Shown: in pieces, positions 1 through 9,490 of the stretch
How the letters are laid out: every line of letters starts with the position of its first letter
How positions within the stretch are numbered: the stretch's first letter is position 1
From: an uncultured virus (IMG/VR IMGVR_UViG_2882707223_000001)
Taxonomy: Duplodnaviria; Heunggongvirae; Uroviricota; Caudoviricetes
Length of the DNA stretch: 64,000 bases
Strand: one strand, 5' to 3'
Virus record (IMG/VR): IMGVR_UViG_2882707223_000001
Program-made: the position numbers and the translations under genes
Notes under the pieces: model-generated
Database searches by the model: none
What the model saw: only the letters and a program-made list of their open reading frames with translations
What the model was told of the DNA's origin: nothing

Positions 1-669
1 ATGAATAAAGTAGGAAGCTATGATGCGTATGTGAATAGCTATCAGAATTACGGGACACAGTCCAGGACCCAGAGAGGATCGGCGGCGGGAAAAGCGAATG
101 AGACTGCATCCGCAAAGCCGGTGGAACTGAGTCAGGATGCGAAGAATCTGTTGAAGGAATTACAGCATAAGTACGGCAATATGGACATCATTGTCGGGAA
201 TTTTGAGACGGAAGAGGACGCACAGGCTTATCTTGACCGCGGGACAAAAGATTACAGCGTTCTGATCGGGGTGGAAGAGCTGGAGGAGATGGCGAAAGAC
301 AAATCCGTGAAGAAAGACTACATGGATAAGATCGAGAGGGCCAGGGACCAGCTGGCTTATCTGCAGACGCAGCTGGAGGATTCCGGTGAAAACGTGAAGA
401 AGATGGGAGTTGTCTTTGAGAAGGATGGCACCAGCACACTTTTTGCATCCCTGGAGAAGTCTGGAGAGCAGCAGAAGGAGCGGATAGAGGAAGCCAGAGA
501 GGCAAAACGGGCTGAGAGAAATCAGGTTTCATACGGCAAGACAAAGCGGACGACCGTAAAGGCAAAGACGACGGAGGAACTGCTTGAAAAGATAAGAAAT
601 GTGGACTGGAGCAAGGTGGAAGAAAGGGATATACCTAAAACCGGCGGCAAATTTGATTATTTTGGGTAG
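1..669 (+). CDS. Host hypothetical protein (possibly DUF6033-like)
   Basis: 222-aa ORF with a charged coiled-coil, followed by an intrinsic terminator; family guess is from recall only. Confidence 0.6.
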   Translation: MNKVGSYDAYVNSYQNYGTQSRTQRGSAAGKANETASAKPVELSQDAKNLLKELQHKYGNMDIIVGNFETEEDAQAYLDRGTKDYSVLIGVEELEEMAKDKSVKKDYMDKIERARDQLAYLQTQLEDSGENVKKMGVVFEKDGTSTLFASLEKSGEQQKERIEEAREAKRAERNQVSYGKTKRTTVKAKTTEELLEKIRNVDWSKVEERDIPKTGGKFDYFG

Positions 670-693
670 GGATATATAAAATAAGGAAAGCTG

Positions 694-727
694 AAAGCCA
701 TATCAGAATGTCTGATATGGCTTTTTC
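694..727 (+). terminator. Intrinsic terminator
   Basis: AAAGCCATATCAGA-atg-TCTGATATGGCTTT followed by a T-run. Confidence 0.85.
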
Positions 728-768
728 ATATATTAAATAACAAAGCGGGAGTCAGAAGGAAAAACCGA

Positions 769-1420
769 ATGAAAAGAAAGAACCTTTATGGCCTGTTGAT
801 GCGGGTGGGGGTAATGCTGGAGGCAGCTGCGCTTATCTGCCTGATCGCTACCGGAGTTACGTCAAGAAAGGGAAAAGAGGAGGAGACAAAACAGACAAGC
901 GCGGGCGGCATCTGGGAAGTACTGGAAAAGCATCAGAGAGGGGAGATCGTGGAGACACAATCCGGCGATTATATAAAGTGGGTGGATTTCACGGTTCCGG
1001 CGGATGCCATGACAAAGGCCTATCAGTATGACGTTGACAGTTACGGACAGGAGATCCATCTGAACTGGATCGAATTGTTGGCATATGCGGCTGCACGGCA
1101 GGGCGGCGATTTTGGGAAGGCGGCTATGAAAAACATTGACGAGTGTGCAGACGAACTGCAAAAGGGCAGGACCATGGAGATTCTGACGGAGAAGCTGAAA
1201 TACTATCCCTATTATCTGGAGGCGTACACGGCGGTGTTGGGCGGCTTTGTGGGAGAGTATGAGATGGATGGAGAAAAGCGTTATGGTTTAAAGGCCTACT
1301 CTCCGATCGCGGCGGGTTTTTATTATACGGATTATGATGATTTTGGGGCATCCAGGAGCTACGGTTATGCGAGACCTCATCTGGGGCATGATATGATGGG
1401 ACAGATCGGTACGCCGATCG
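769..1420 (+). pseudogene. M23-family metallopeptidase, 5' part, interrupted by prophage 1
   Basis: N-terminal TM helix and DDFGASRSYG...HLGHDMMGQIGTPI (M23 HxxxD motif); the frame then runs into the integrase 3' end and lacks the C-terminal HxH motif. Confidence 0.8.
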
Positions 1421-1443
1421 AAATAATATGCGGAACCTGCGCA

Positions 1444-3000
1444 TCAAAAAATGATGTGCAGGTTTTCGCCTTCTAAGACGCATTTCTTTATGATCTTTCG
1501 TATCAACTCATTTTTTCCAGTATATTCTATAGAATCAAAATTGTCCAGCAAATAGCAGATATTCTGATAAATAAAGCGCTCAGTCTCCTGGATTGTGCGG
1601 ATGGAGGCGTTCCGGAGCTCCGCCTTGCGCAGCTCTGTTTCCAGGGCTTTTTTCTGTTTATCCAGCTCTTCTATTTTAGAGACGATATAAGCGGCCGCGG
1701 GGGAATCTGTTGCGCTCATCAGGGCGGCGGTAAGGTTATCGATGGCGGCGCCGGTCTGCTTTAATTCTTCTTTGATGGAGGATACGCTGTGGAGGGAGCC
1801 GCCGGCGTCTGGCCGGAGTTTAAAGCCGTCCGGGTTAAAACGGATCCGCCGGAGCTGTCTCAGAAATGCCTCCTCCACCTGCTCTGTGCGTATGTAACCC
1901 GTATTGCATTTGCCTTTGCCCTGCCGCATCATATCCGTACAGCAGTAGTAGGAGAAGATGTGCCCGCTCTTCTGATAGGTTCGCACATCCATCCTGGCGC
2001 CGCAGCGGCACCGCAGAACGCCCTTTAAGATGCCGCAGTCATATTTGGCACTGCGGATCATCTTATTGATGCCAAGGCGGTTCTGGGCGGCGATCCACTG
2101 GTCGGCCGGCATCACAGGCTCATGGATGCCGACGGCGATCGTCCAGTCGGACTTATCCTGTTTCTTTTGGGCTGCCTTTCCGTTTTTGGTCTTGCCGTAG
2201 CCGATCAGGCCCTTTTTGCCGTCAAAGAGATCCGGATCCGGCAGGCTGCAGCCCTGATCGTGAAAATAGTAGTAGGCCTCCATGCTGTTCTGACAGTAGA
2301 CAGGGTTGGTGATGATATTATAGATCTGGGAGGTGTTGAGGAACTTCCCGCTCTGGGTCCTGATGCCGTGATCCCTGCAGTAACGCTCCGCCGCAGTAAT
2401 CGTATAACCGTCGAGCAGGAGCTTATAGAGCAGTTTTGGGAGCCAGATCTTCTCCGAATCGATGACGAGGAAGGAGTGCTCTTTGTCGCCGCATTTCTGT
2501 CGGATGGATTTCATGCCGCTGGGAGATCTGCCGCCGGTCCATTTCCCGGAAGTGCCCAGGGCGTGCATGTTGTCAGCTACGCGCTCGGAAGTGTTTTCCC
2601 GTTCCAGCTGCGCAAATGCGGCAAGGATGTACATTACCGTCCTGCCCATGGGCGTGGTGGTGTCGAAAGATTCCTTTACGGAGACGAAAGATACGTTGTG
2701 CTGTTGGAATATCTCATACATGGCAGAAAATTCCTGCACATTGCGGCTGATCCGGTCCAGCTTGTAGACCATCACCACATCCAGCATATCTTTTTTGACG
2801 TCGCTCATCAGTTCCTGGAAGCCAGGGCGGTTCGTGTTTTTCCCGGAGAAGCCTTCGTCCTGATCATAGATCCGGAAGGTGATATCCTTGTCCTTGAAGA
2901 TGACGCCGGCGTAGTCCCTGCAGAGCTGGATCTGCACGTTGACAGAATCGCTGTTGTCGCGGTATACGGATTTGCGCGGGTAGATCCCTACGGTGAACAT
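1444..3000 (-). CDS. Large serine recombinase (integrase)
   Basis: YPRKS catalytic Ser, DEGFSGKNTNRPG, VYKLDRISRN, recombinase domain, Zn-ribbon CRCG...CC...C and coiled coil. Confidence 0.95.
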   Translation of the reverse strand: MFTVGIYPRKSVYRDNSDSVNVQIQLCRDYAGVIFKDKDITFRIYDQDEGFSGKNTNRPGFQELMSDVKKDMLDVVMVYKLDRISRNVQEFSAMYEIFQQHNVSFVSVKESFDTTTPMGRTVMYILAAFAQLERENTSERVADNMHALGTSGKWTGGRSPSGMKSIRQKCGDKEHSFLVIDSEKIWLPKLLYKLLLDGYTITAAERYCRDHGIRTQSGKFLNTSQIYNIITNPVYCQNSMEAYYYFHDQGCSLPDPDLFDGKKGLIGYGKTKNGKAAQKKQDKSDWTIAVGIHEPVMPADQWIAAQNRLGINKMIRSAKYDCGILKGVLRCRCGARMDVRTYQKSGHIFSYYCCTDMMRQGKGKCNTGYIRTEQVEEAFLRQLRRIRFNPDGFKLRPDAGGSLHSVSSIKEELKQTGAAIDNLTAALMSATDSPAAAYIVSKIEELDKQKKALETELRKAELRNASIRTIQETERFIYQNICYLLDNFDSIEYTGKNELIRKIIKKCVLEGENLHIIF

Positions 3001-3053
3001 GCTTTATCCTCCTGTACAGTTTACTGGCAGCAGGGCATAAAAATGCCCGGCAC

Positions 3054-3165
3054 TTGCGTTTTTGCCGGGAGGATGATATAATTCACTTGCTAAAGGCGAG
3101 TTATATCGGTACTCCCGGTATAGTTCCGATCCGCTCTGGTGTTACCAGCACTGGGGCGGATTTAT
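3054..3165 (+). ncRNA. Putative small RNA upstream of and opposite to the integrase
   Basis: TTGCGT-17-TATAAT with extended TG (3054-3082) and a GC hairpin at 3129-3161 followed by TTT. Confidence 0.45.
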
Positions 3166-3388
3166 GCATAAAATTATCATATTTACGAATGATAAAGTTT
3201 AAAAAAATTAGTGATGTTTCCAGTGTTTACTGAAAAATGTTCATTAGCTTTTTTTGTATAATTTTCTGCATAATCAGTTTTTTATACTATGTATCCTTTA
3301 ATAAAAAGTGATTGAGAACTTATTTATGCTTTTTTATAAAATAAAAAAGTGGCTCAATTTTTTTTATGTCAATTTAAAAATAAAGTTT

Positions 3389-4531
3389 TTAATAAAAAAT
3401 TTTGAGATAGTTCCAAAGAACAAATATTCTATTTCTGGAATATCCAGTTAATTCATATAAAATATGAGCATTTTTATCACTTAAACGTTTTATAATATTG
3501 TCTGTTGTAGGTTGAGATAAACCGGTAATATTTGAAATTTGTTTGCTGTTTAAAATAGGGTTATCATAAAATGCACGGATAACTTTCAGAGTATTGTCTG
3601 ACCGTCCGCCAAGTGAAACAGCAAGCGTTTCAAGAGTGTGAACGTATGCAGTTACCTTTTTAAATTTATCTTTAGCAGTTAACGCAGTGCTGATAACTGC
3701 CTGCAAAAAGAATTTGATCCATCCTATTAAATCGTTGTGTGTTCTTACCCTATTTAAGGAATCATAATATTCTGTTCGGTGACTCTCAAAGTAGTCAGAA
3801 ATATAAAAGCAAGGTTTGGAAAGAATTCCTTTACTCAATAGATATAAAGGAATTATTAAACGCCCAATTCGCCCATTTCCGTCTAAAAAAGGATGAATGG
3901 TTTCAAATTGATAGTGTAAAATAGCTATTTTTATTAGATGAGGCACATTACAATCATCATTATTTATGAATTTTTCAAAATCAGATAGTAATTCTGGAAG
4001 ATCCAAAATACTGGGGGGTACATATGCAGCATTAGAAGGTTTAGAACCTCCTATCCAATTCTGCGATTTTCGAAATTCACCTGGAGTTTTATATTTTCCA
4101 CGAACTCCTTGAAGTAATAGCTGGTGAACTTCACAAATTAATCTGTTGCATAACGGAAAGTCATCCTGTAATATTCGGGAAATCCCATAATTTAGTGCAT
4201 TGATATAATTGTGCACTTCTTGATAATCATTGCGTTTTTCTGGTGAAATATCTTCGAGAGGCATTAAGTCTTCTTCAATAGTAGTCTTCGTTCCTTCGAT
4301 TTTGTTAGACTTGTTTGCTTCAGTTTTTATGTGCATTTCAATATAAATATCTACATTTGGAATCAAATCTGAAAAGGCATTCAGGCTTCCTAACTCACTA
4401 CTGGCCTTTTCTAATAACACATTAAGTTCAGAATCTGACCATTTCCAAGAATGATCGATTAAAGTGGGCAAAAATGTGTAATAGTCATTTTGTGCACGCT
4501 TAGTTCCGGAAGAAAAAGTGTTTATATTCAA
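3389..4531 (-). CDS. Fic-domain protein (class II, with inhibitory motif)
   Basis: HPFLDGNGRIGR Fic motif, N-terminal SNKIEG inhibitory motif, C-terminal wHTH. Confidence 0.92.
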   Translation of the reverse strand: MNINTFSSGTKRAQNDYYTFLPTLIDHSWKWSDSELNVLLEKASSELGSLNAFSDLIPNVDIYIEMHIKTEANKSNKIEGTKTTIEEDLMPLEDISPEKRNDYQEVHNYINALNYGISRILQDDFPLCNRLICEVHQLLLQGVRGKYKTPGEFRKSQNWIGGSKPSNAAYVPPSILDLPELLSDFEKFINNDDCNVPHLIKIAILHYQFETIHPFLDGNGRIGRLIIPLYLLSKGILSKPCFYISDYFESHRTEYYDSLNRVRTHNDLIGWIKFFLQAVISTALTAKDKFKKVTAYVHTLETLAVSLGGRSDNTLKVIRAFYDNPILNSKQISNITGLSQPTTDNIIKRLSDKNAHILYELTGYSRNRIFVLWNYLKIFY

Positions 4532-4742
4532 AATGAGTTCTCCTCTCTACTACAATGTATTTATTGATTTTTAGGTATTTTAGGTTCTATTACTATGTTT
4601 CCCCACAACTCTTCCCATACACAGAGAGTCCTCTGTAAGTGGAATGCCATCATATCCTTTTTATCTCTTCGGGGATACATTCAAAGTCATTCAGTGTTGG
4701 TAGCAGTGGGCGGATTTAAAATGTTAACAATTTGTAAGCAAT

Positions 4743-5141
4743 TCACTGATTAGATACCTTCTGGATCAGCGCATCCTGGAGAACCTGTGAAAAGTTGATG
4801 TTCATGGATACGGCAGCTTCATTCAACCATTCCGGGATCGTAAGCGTTTTCTTGACGGCTCTGGAATTATGTTTCTTCTGGTAGGAGAGAAGATCAAACT
4901 CGATCACAACACAGAAAGAATCCGGTTCCTGGGAAATGGCATACGGTTCAGAGGGAACAGGGAGTGCTTTCTGATTTTCCTGACGGCTGACAATGGCAAG
5001 GCCGAGAGCGTCAGAAGCCATTTCATAAGCGTCCTCCATATTGTCACCCTGCGTCATACATTCAGGGAGATCCGGGAAAGTGATCCAGAAGCCACCTTCC
5101 TCTGCTTTATGAAAAAGAGCCGGATAAAATAATTTTTTCAT
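4743..5141 (-). CDS. hicB: HicB-family antitoxin
   Basis: YPALFHKAEEGGFWITFPDLPECMTQG and KKTLTIPEWLN...NFSQVLQDAL; GGAGG RBS before ATG 5141. Confidence 0.9.
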   Translation of the reverse strand: MKKLFYPALFHKAEEGGFWITFPDLPECMTQGDNMEDAYEMASDALGLAIVSRQENQKALPVPSEPYAISQEPDSFCVVIEFDLLSYQKKHNSRAVKKTLTIPEWLNEAAVSMNINFSQVLQDALIQKVSNQ

Positions 5142-5327
5142 GTCATACCTCCATTGGTGGCGGCTAAAGTTGCGACGTCGCAACTGGTTATAATTTATCA
5201 ACTACCCGCCCCATGCAAAGAGAGTCCTCTGAAAGCTGGATAATTATTGGATTTGTTCTATTTCCCCAGTATCAATATTGACATGATACTCACTGAGGAG
5301 AGTTCCAGAGCAGGCTAATTTGGCATT

Positions 5328-5860
5328 TTAAATTTGTCGGGCAATCTTTTTGTAAGTATTTGCACAAATCAAAAAGAAAACACCTAAAGCAATAAATAAT
5401 ATTCCTATCGGCAACAAAGCAAAACCAGATAAGATAATGATCCATCCACATATAATAAAAAATAAGCGAAACCTCATTATAGTTTTTGGGGTGTAGAATT
5501 TATTCCCAATTTTGGCTTTTCCATCTTTTACAATAATATTAGAGTTTGTATTCTTATTAGGAGATATTGAAGTCGTAGTGCTCTTTTTATTTGTAGTTGC
5601 TTTAGCATTTGTCTGGCTTTTTTGAGTAGTCCCTTTTTTAGCGGAGGACTGGGAAGCTGCCTTTTTAACAGAAGCTAATCCATCAACTGTAGTTTTATTA
5701 TATACTTTGTTATACATGGCTTTTTGAGGATTTTTAATAAGTCCTGCGCCCTTTTTACCATATGTTGGGTTAATTGCACGTTTTGCGGCTCGTTTATATT
5801 TACCAACGGTTCTGGCTTTAAAGCTTTTTTCCAAATTTGGTGTTCTTAAACCTATTTTCA
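5328..5860 (-). CDS. Basic phage membrane protein of the immunity region
   Basis: Lys-rich N-terminus (MKIGLRTPNLEKSFKART...) and two C-terminal TM helices; lies just downstream of the repressor. Confidence 0.65.
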
Positions 5861-5894
5861 TTAGAAATTTCCTCCCCAAATCGTATTTTTATAT

Positions 5895-6512
5895 TTAAAA
5901 TTTTCTACGAAGTTCTACTACTTTACCGATAATTTTAACTGGCTTATCAATTATTTCCTGATTAGAGAAGTCCAAAGGATCATATGAAGGGTTATTTGCA
6001 ATTAACTCAATCCCATCCTTATATTTTCTGAGGCGCTTACAGGTGGCATCTGTACCATTGACTGTAGCAATGACGATATCTCCGGTTTCAGCATCGTCCT
6101 GTTGCCGGACAATAACTACATCACCATCACAGATATTAGGTATCATACTGTCTCCGTGGATCTGTAGACCGAAAAAGTCACCGGTGCGGGCAAGTTCTTC
6201 TGTAATCTCTTCCGTATCAATGACATTCTCAATAGCCTCTATCGGGATGCCAGCAGCTACACGACCGAGGACGTTGATGGTAACGCCTTTTGAAAAAGGC
6301 GAATGACTATTATCCCATCCAACAAGTTCTCGAGAAGTAGTGCCTAATGCTTTGGCAAATAGTTCTATTTTAGACTGTTGTAAGTCTACCTGACCTTTTT
6401 CAATCTTAGTAATAGAAGAACGATCAGTATATCCTGTAAGTCTGGCAAGAGCATCTTGCGACAATCCTTTTTCTTCCCGCAAACGTTTAATATTTTTATA
6501 TAATTCTAGCAC
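5895..6512 (-). CDS. CI/LexA-like repressor (HTH + S24 peptidase)
   Basis: XRE HTH, VAAG cleavage site, GDSM catalytic Ser and TCKR Lys. Confidence 0.93.
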   Translation of the reverse strand: MLELYKNIKRLREEKGLSQDALARLTGYTDRSSITKIEKGQVDLQQSKIELFAKALGTTSRELVGWDNSHSPFSKGVTINVLGRVAAGIPIEAIENVIDTEEITEELARTGDFFGLQIHGDSMIPNICDGDVVIVRQQDDAETGDIVIATVNGTDATCKRLRKYKDGIELIANNPSYDPLDFSNQEIIDKPVKIIGKVVELRRKF

Positions 6513-6547
6513 TCAATCACCTCCCGTAAGGAAATAGTATCATTAAT

Positions 6548-6624
6548 GTGAAAAAAATTCAACAAATTTATTAAAAAATGTTGACAGTAATTCACGAGGG
6601 TGATATAGTGAATTTAAATCAGCA
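6548..6624. promoter_or_regulatory. Lysis/lysogeny switch: three operators and a rightward promoter
   Basis: GTGAA-N6-TCARCA at 6548-6564, 6579-6595 (reverse) and 6608-6624; TTGACA-17-TATAGT at 6581-6609. Confidence 0.8.
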
Positions 6625-6637
6625 AAGGAGGTGTGAA

Positions 6638-6850
6638 ATGACAGATATTAGTGCATTGAGAAAATGCATAGAAGAAAAGGGAATGTCAATAACATTTGTT
6701 GCGGAAAGAACTGGAATATTAAGAGAAACGCTGTATAATCGGATGAAAACTGGAGATTTTAAAATTTCAGAAATTAGTGCGCTGTCACAGCTGTTGAATT
6801 TATCCAGGGATGAGCGAGATACTATTTTTTTTGCCATGAAGCGTGAATGA
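6638..6850 (+). CDS. Cro-like HTH regulator
   Basis: Divergent from CI; short HTH protein; AGGAGG RBS before ATG 6638. Confidence 0.8.
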   Translation: MTDISALRKCIEEKGMSITFVAERTGILRETLYNRMKTGDFKISEISALSQLLNLSRDERDTIFFAMKRE

Positions 6851-6919
6851 TATTCAACAAAGAATAAGAAGAAGTAATGAAATTTATGGCATTACAGACA
6901 AAACAGGAGCAGAAAGGGG

Positions 6920-7123
6920 GTGAGGGAGATAACAGTATTTGATGCAGTAAAGCAGTTAGATCTGAATGTTTTCTGCGAGGTAATGTTTGGGATCGTAAAA
7001 GATGTTGCTATCCAGAATGAACTTAAGGAAGCATTACAGACAGAAATAACAGAAGAAGCGCTGCAACAGATCAATGAAGCAGCGCTGCGGGAAGGGCATC
7101 AGCCATTGTCGTGTTCAGGCTGA
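6920..7123 (+). CDS. Phage hypothetical protein
   Basis: ORF with purine-rich RBS in the early operon. Confidence 0.5.
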   Translation: MREITVFDAVKQLDLNVFCEVMFGIVKDVAIQNELKEALQTEITEEALQQINEAALREGHQPLSCSG

Positions 7124-7329
7124 CAGTAGAAGCAGCCGTTCGGAGAGGGACAATGATTCGATTGAGCGTAAAGAAGACAGCCCATATAAGAATCTCCTGC
7201 ATAAATATGGTCTGAGCTGATGTCATTGATATGGCAAAGTTCTGTTTCTCTGTCCAGATCATGGATTTCGCCGGTGTTCTTATTTAGTACATAACGGTTG
7301 CCGTTAAATGGTGGATTAAATTTACGCAT
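7099..7329 (-). CDS. Small Cys/His-rich accessory protein
   Basis: MRKFNPPFNG...CHIN...CPSPNGCFYC; own promoter and AAGGAG RBS. Confidence 0.65.
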   Translation of the reverse strand: MRKFNPPFNGNRYVLNKNTGEIHDLDRETELCHINDISSDHIYAGDSYMGCLLYAQSNHCPSPNGCFYCQPEHDNG

Positions 7330-7537
7330 AGGATTCTCCTTTCTTTCGTACTCGGGTATGCCAGTACTCTGTATGAAAAGTATAGGAGAGAAGAGCGGAA
7401 ATAGCAAGGGATTTGCAGAACAAGAAAATAGAATGAGAGGGGGTGAGGAAAGATGTTGAGAAAAATATATAAAGAATTAGTGGCAATAAGGAAAGAGCTC
7501 CAGGCCATTCGGAGCAGCTTGGAGTCTCTTCCGGAAA

Positions 7538-7798
7538 TCACTTTTGATAGGGTTCCCTATGGGAGAAGCTATCATGTGTCTCTGAAGCTGCCATATAAAG
7601 ATCGATAGCAGCAGATAACGTCCTGTGGACAACCTCGTTTGGAGTGCGGCTTTCAATGTACTTCATTAGAGCATTTTTATCGGAACTATCAGGAAATGTA
7701 CTATCCTTTTTAACGTCCTTGGATAAATCTCCCAGATTTGTATCCGTATCAATAAAGTTTAAGAGCCATTCCTTAAAAGAGGGATCGTGAATTGTCAT
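7538..7798 (-). CDS. YozE-like (SAM-like) protein
   Basis: SFKEWLLNF...LGDLSKDVKKDSTFP resembles YozE; own promoter and RBS. Confidence 0.7.
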   Translation of the reverse strand: MTIHDPSFKEWLLNFIDTDTNLGDLSKDVKKDSTFPDSSDKNALMKYIESRTPNEVVHRTLSAAIDLYMAASETHDSFSHREPYQK

Positions 7799-8041
7799 AA
7801 GTATTCTCCTTTCTTTCGTACTCGGCGCTAGGGGGAGCCTGTATGAAAAGTATAAAGGGGATTTAGGAAAAGGACAAGCCTATTGAGTATTTTCTGGAAT
7901 GAGGAGGTGAGGGGAAATTGTGAAAATAGGAATAATAGCGCTGATAATCGCGGTAAGTTATTTAGTTGGCAAGAACTTTGGAATCGGAATAGGTACTGCA
8001 ACGTATTCAGTTTTACTAATTCTTTATAAAAAGATTAGTTG

Positions 8042-8668
8042 CTAAATGTGTTTTTCCATATATTTAAGAAATGCCAATGCGAAAACTGAGAACAATAGTG
8101 ACATTATAAGTTTGTTTGTATCATTTGCATTTTCGTATATCAAATACAGACAAGCCACGAGACACAAAAATACAAACAAAGAGAAAACAAGAGCGATAGC
8201 CCATAAAAAGGTTGATGCCAATACATAAAAAAGAAAATAACTCCAATGCTTGTATTGGTGCCGGGCAATACGATAGGAAAAGCTTCTGATTTTTAAACCT
8301 AATTTTCGGCAGGCTTTATCGTATAGTTTATCAACATAGGAGCAGAGCTGATTGAAATTTTGCTGAGTAGGGTTTTGTGAACAATAATAAAAAAGTTCCA
8401 GCAATTTGCCATCTGCAAGGCTTTTATTTCTGTCAATAATTTGTAAGGCTTTCTCGAAGTATTCAGGTTGAACTTGTTGATATAAAACAGGTTCAAGTAA
8501 GTTAAATAATGGAAATATCAATTTTTCATACCGCTCTTTCGTGAAAGAAATGGAAGTTTCCTTTTTGAAAATGTAGAAGGTAAGGATTGCAGTACAAAGA
8601 ATCCCTATAAAGTTTAGTAAATCTGAATTTGTTTGTAAGTTATTTGATAATAAATCAGAAAAGTGCAC
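8042..8668 (-). CDS. AT-rich accessory membrane protein
   Basis: 208 aa with several hydrophobic helices; own promoter and RBS. Confidence 0.65.
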   Translation of the reverse strand: MHFSDLLSNNLQTNSDLLNFIGILCTAILTFYIFKKETSISFTKERYEKLIFPLFNLLEPVLYQQVQPEYFEKALQIIDRNKSLADGKLLELFYYCSQNPTQQNFNQLCSYVDKLYDKACRKLGLKIRSFSYRIARHQYKHWSYFLFYVLASTFLWAIALVFSLFVFLCLVACLYLIYENANDTNKLIMSLLFSVFALAFLKYMEKHI

Positions 8669-8912
8669 AAAGAGTTCCCTCCTTTCTTTTGTACTCGGCT
8701 TGACAGAGCCTGTAAGGAAAGTATAAGGGAGAAGGAAGAAAATGGCAACAAAAAAAGACCCGGCGGTACGGGCATACCAACCGGGGATCTACAACAGTAG
8801 AAATTCTTAACAATTCCACTATAGCATTCCTTCCGCGGAAAATCAATGAATTTTGGCGAAAAAGGACATGCAGTGGTACATAGGATTAACAAAAAGGGCA
8901 GGAGGTGCAGGC

Positions 8913-9065
8913 ATGAAAAAACAAAAAGAGATTGAATGCACCGTGGAATTTACAGAAGGTGCGATAGACAGGATCACGGATGCCTTTGTGGACCTGTACT
9001 ACCAGATAGAGGACGGGATCTACAAGGGTCCGCAGCTTCCGAAACAGACAGAAGAAACCGCGTAA
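8913..9065 (+). CDS. Phage hypothetical protein
   Basis: GGAGG RBS before ATG 8913. Confidence 0.55.
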   Translation: MKKQKEIECTVEFTEGAIDRITDAFVDLYYQIEDGIYKGPQLPKQTEETA

Positions 9066-9103
9066 GCGGTTAATAAGAGGACAAGCATATCAAGGAGGCA
9101 GTT

Positions 9104-9292
9104 ATGGAATATAAGATTGAGTATGTGGGTGGGAAGTGCTGCAATTATGCAAACGGCAGAAAAGATCTGCTGGAATGGCTTAAATTGCTCAAGGACGAAA
9201 CCATATCAGACATCCGGAAGCTGTATAAAAGCGGTGTTTCCGATTCTGTTATGGAGAAATATAGAAAATACCTGAGAAAGGAGAAAATTTAA
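9104..9292 (+). CDS. Phage hypothetical protein
   Basis: AAGGAGG RBS; 62 aa. Confidence 0.6.
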   Translation: MEYKIEYVGGKCCNYANGRKDLLEWLKLLKDETISDIRKLYKSGVSDSVMEKYRKYLRKEKI

Positions 9293-9293
9293 A

Positions 9294-9473
9294 ATGTGTG
9301 GATTGGAAGCAGAGCGGCTGCAGGAGCGGATCCGGGGGATGACGACAGACCAGCAGAAAGTAGTGGCCGCTGCTCTGCCGGATGAGATACTCTGGGAGGC
9401 GGTTTACGGCAGGTTTTTATACCTGCAGGAAAAAGTAACAGGGGTTCGCCTGCTGATAAACAGCAGGGGTTAG
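9294..9473 (+). CDS. Phage hypothetical protein (59 aa, below the ORF-track cutoff)
   Basis: AAGGAG RBS; MCGLEAERLQERIRG... fills the gap between neighbouring genes. Confidence 0.5.
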   Translation: MCGLEAERLQERIRGMTTDQQKVVAAALPDEILWEAVYGRFLYLQEKVTGVRLLINSRG

Positions 9474-9490
9474 GAAAGGAGAAAAATTAA

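Noticed and set aside
2122..3081. 319-aa plus-strand ORF
   Set aside because: Antisense shadow of the serine integrase with no recognisable motif.
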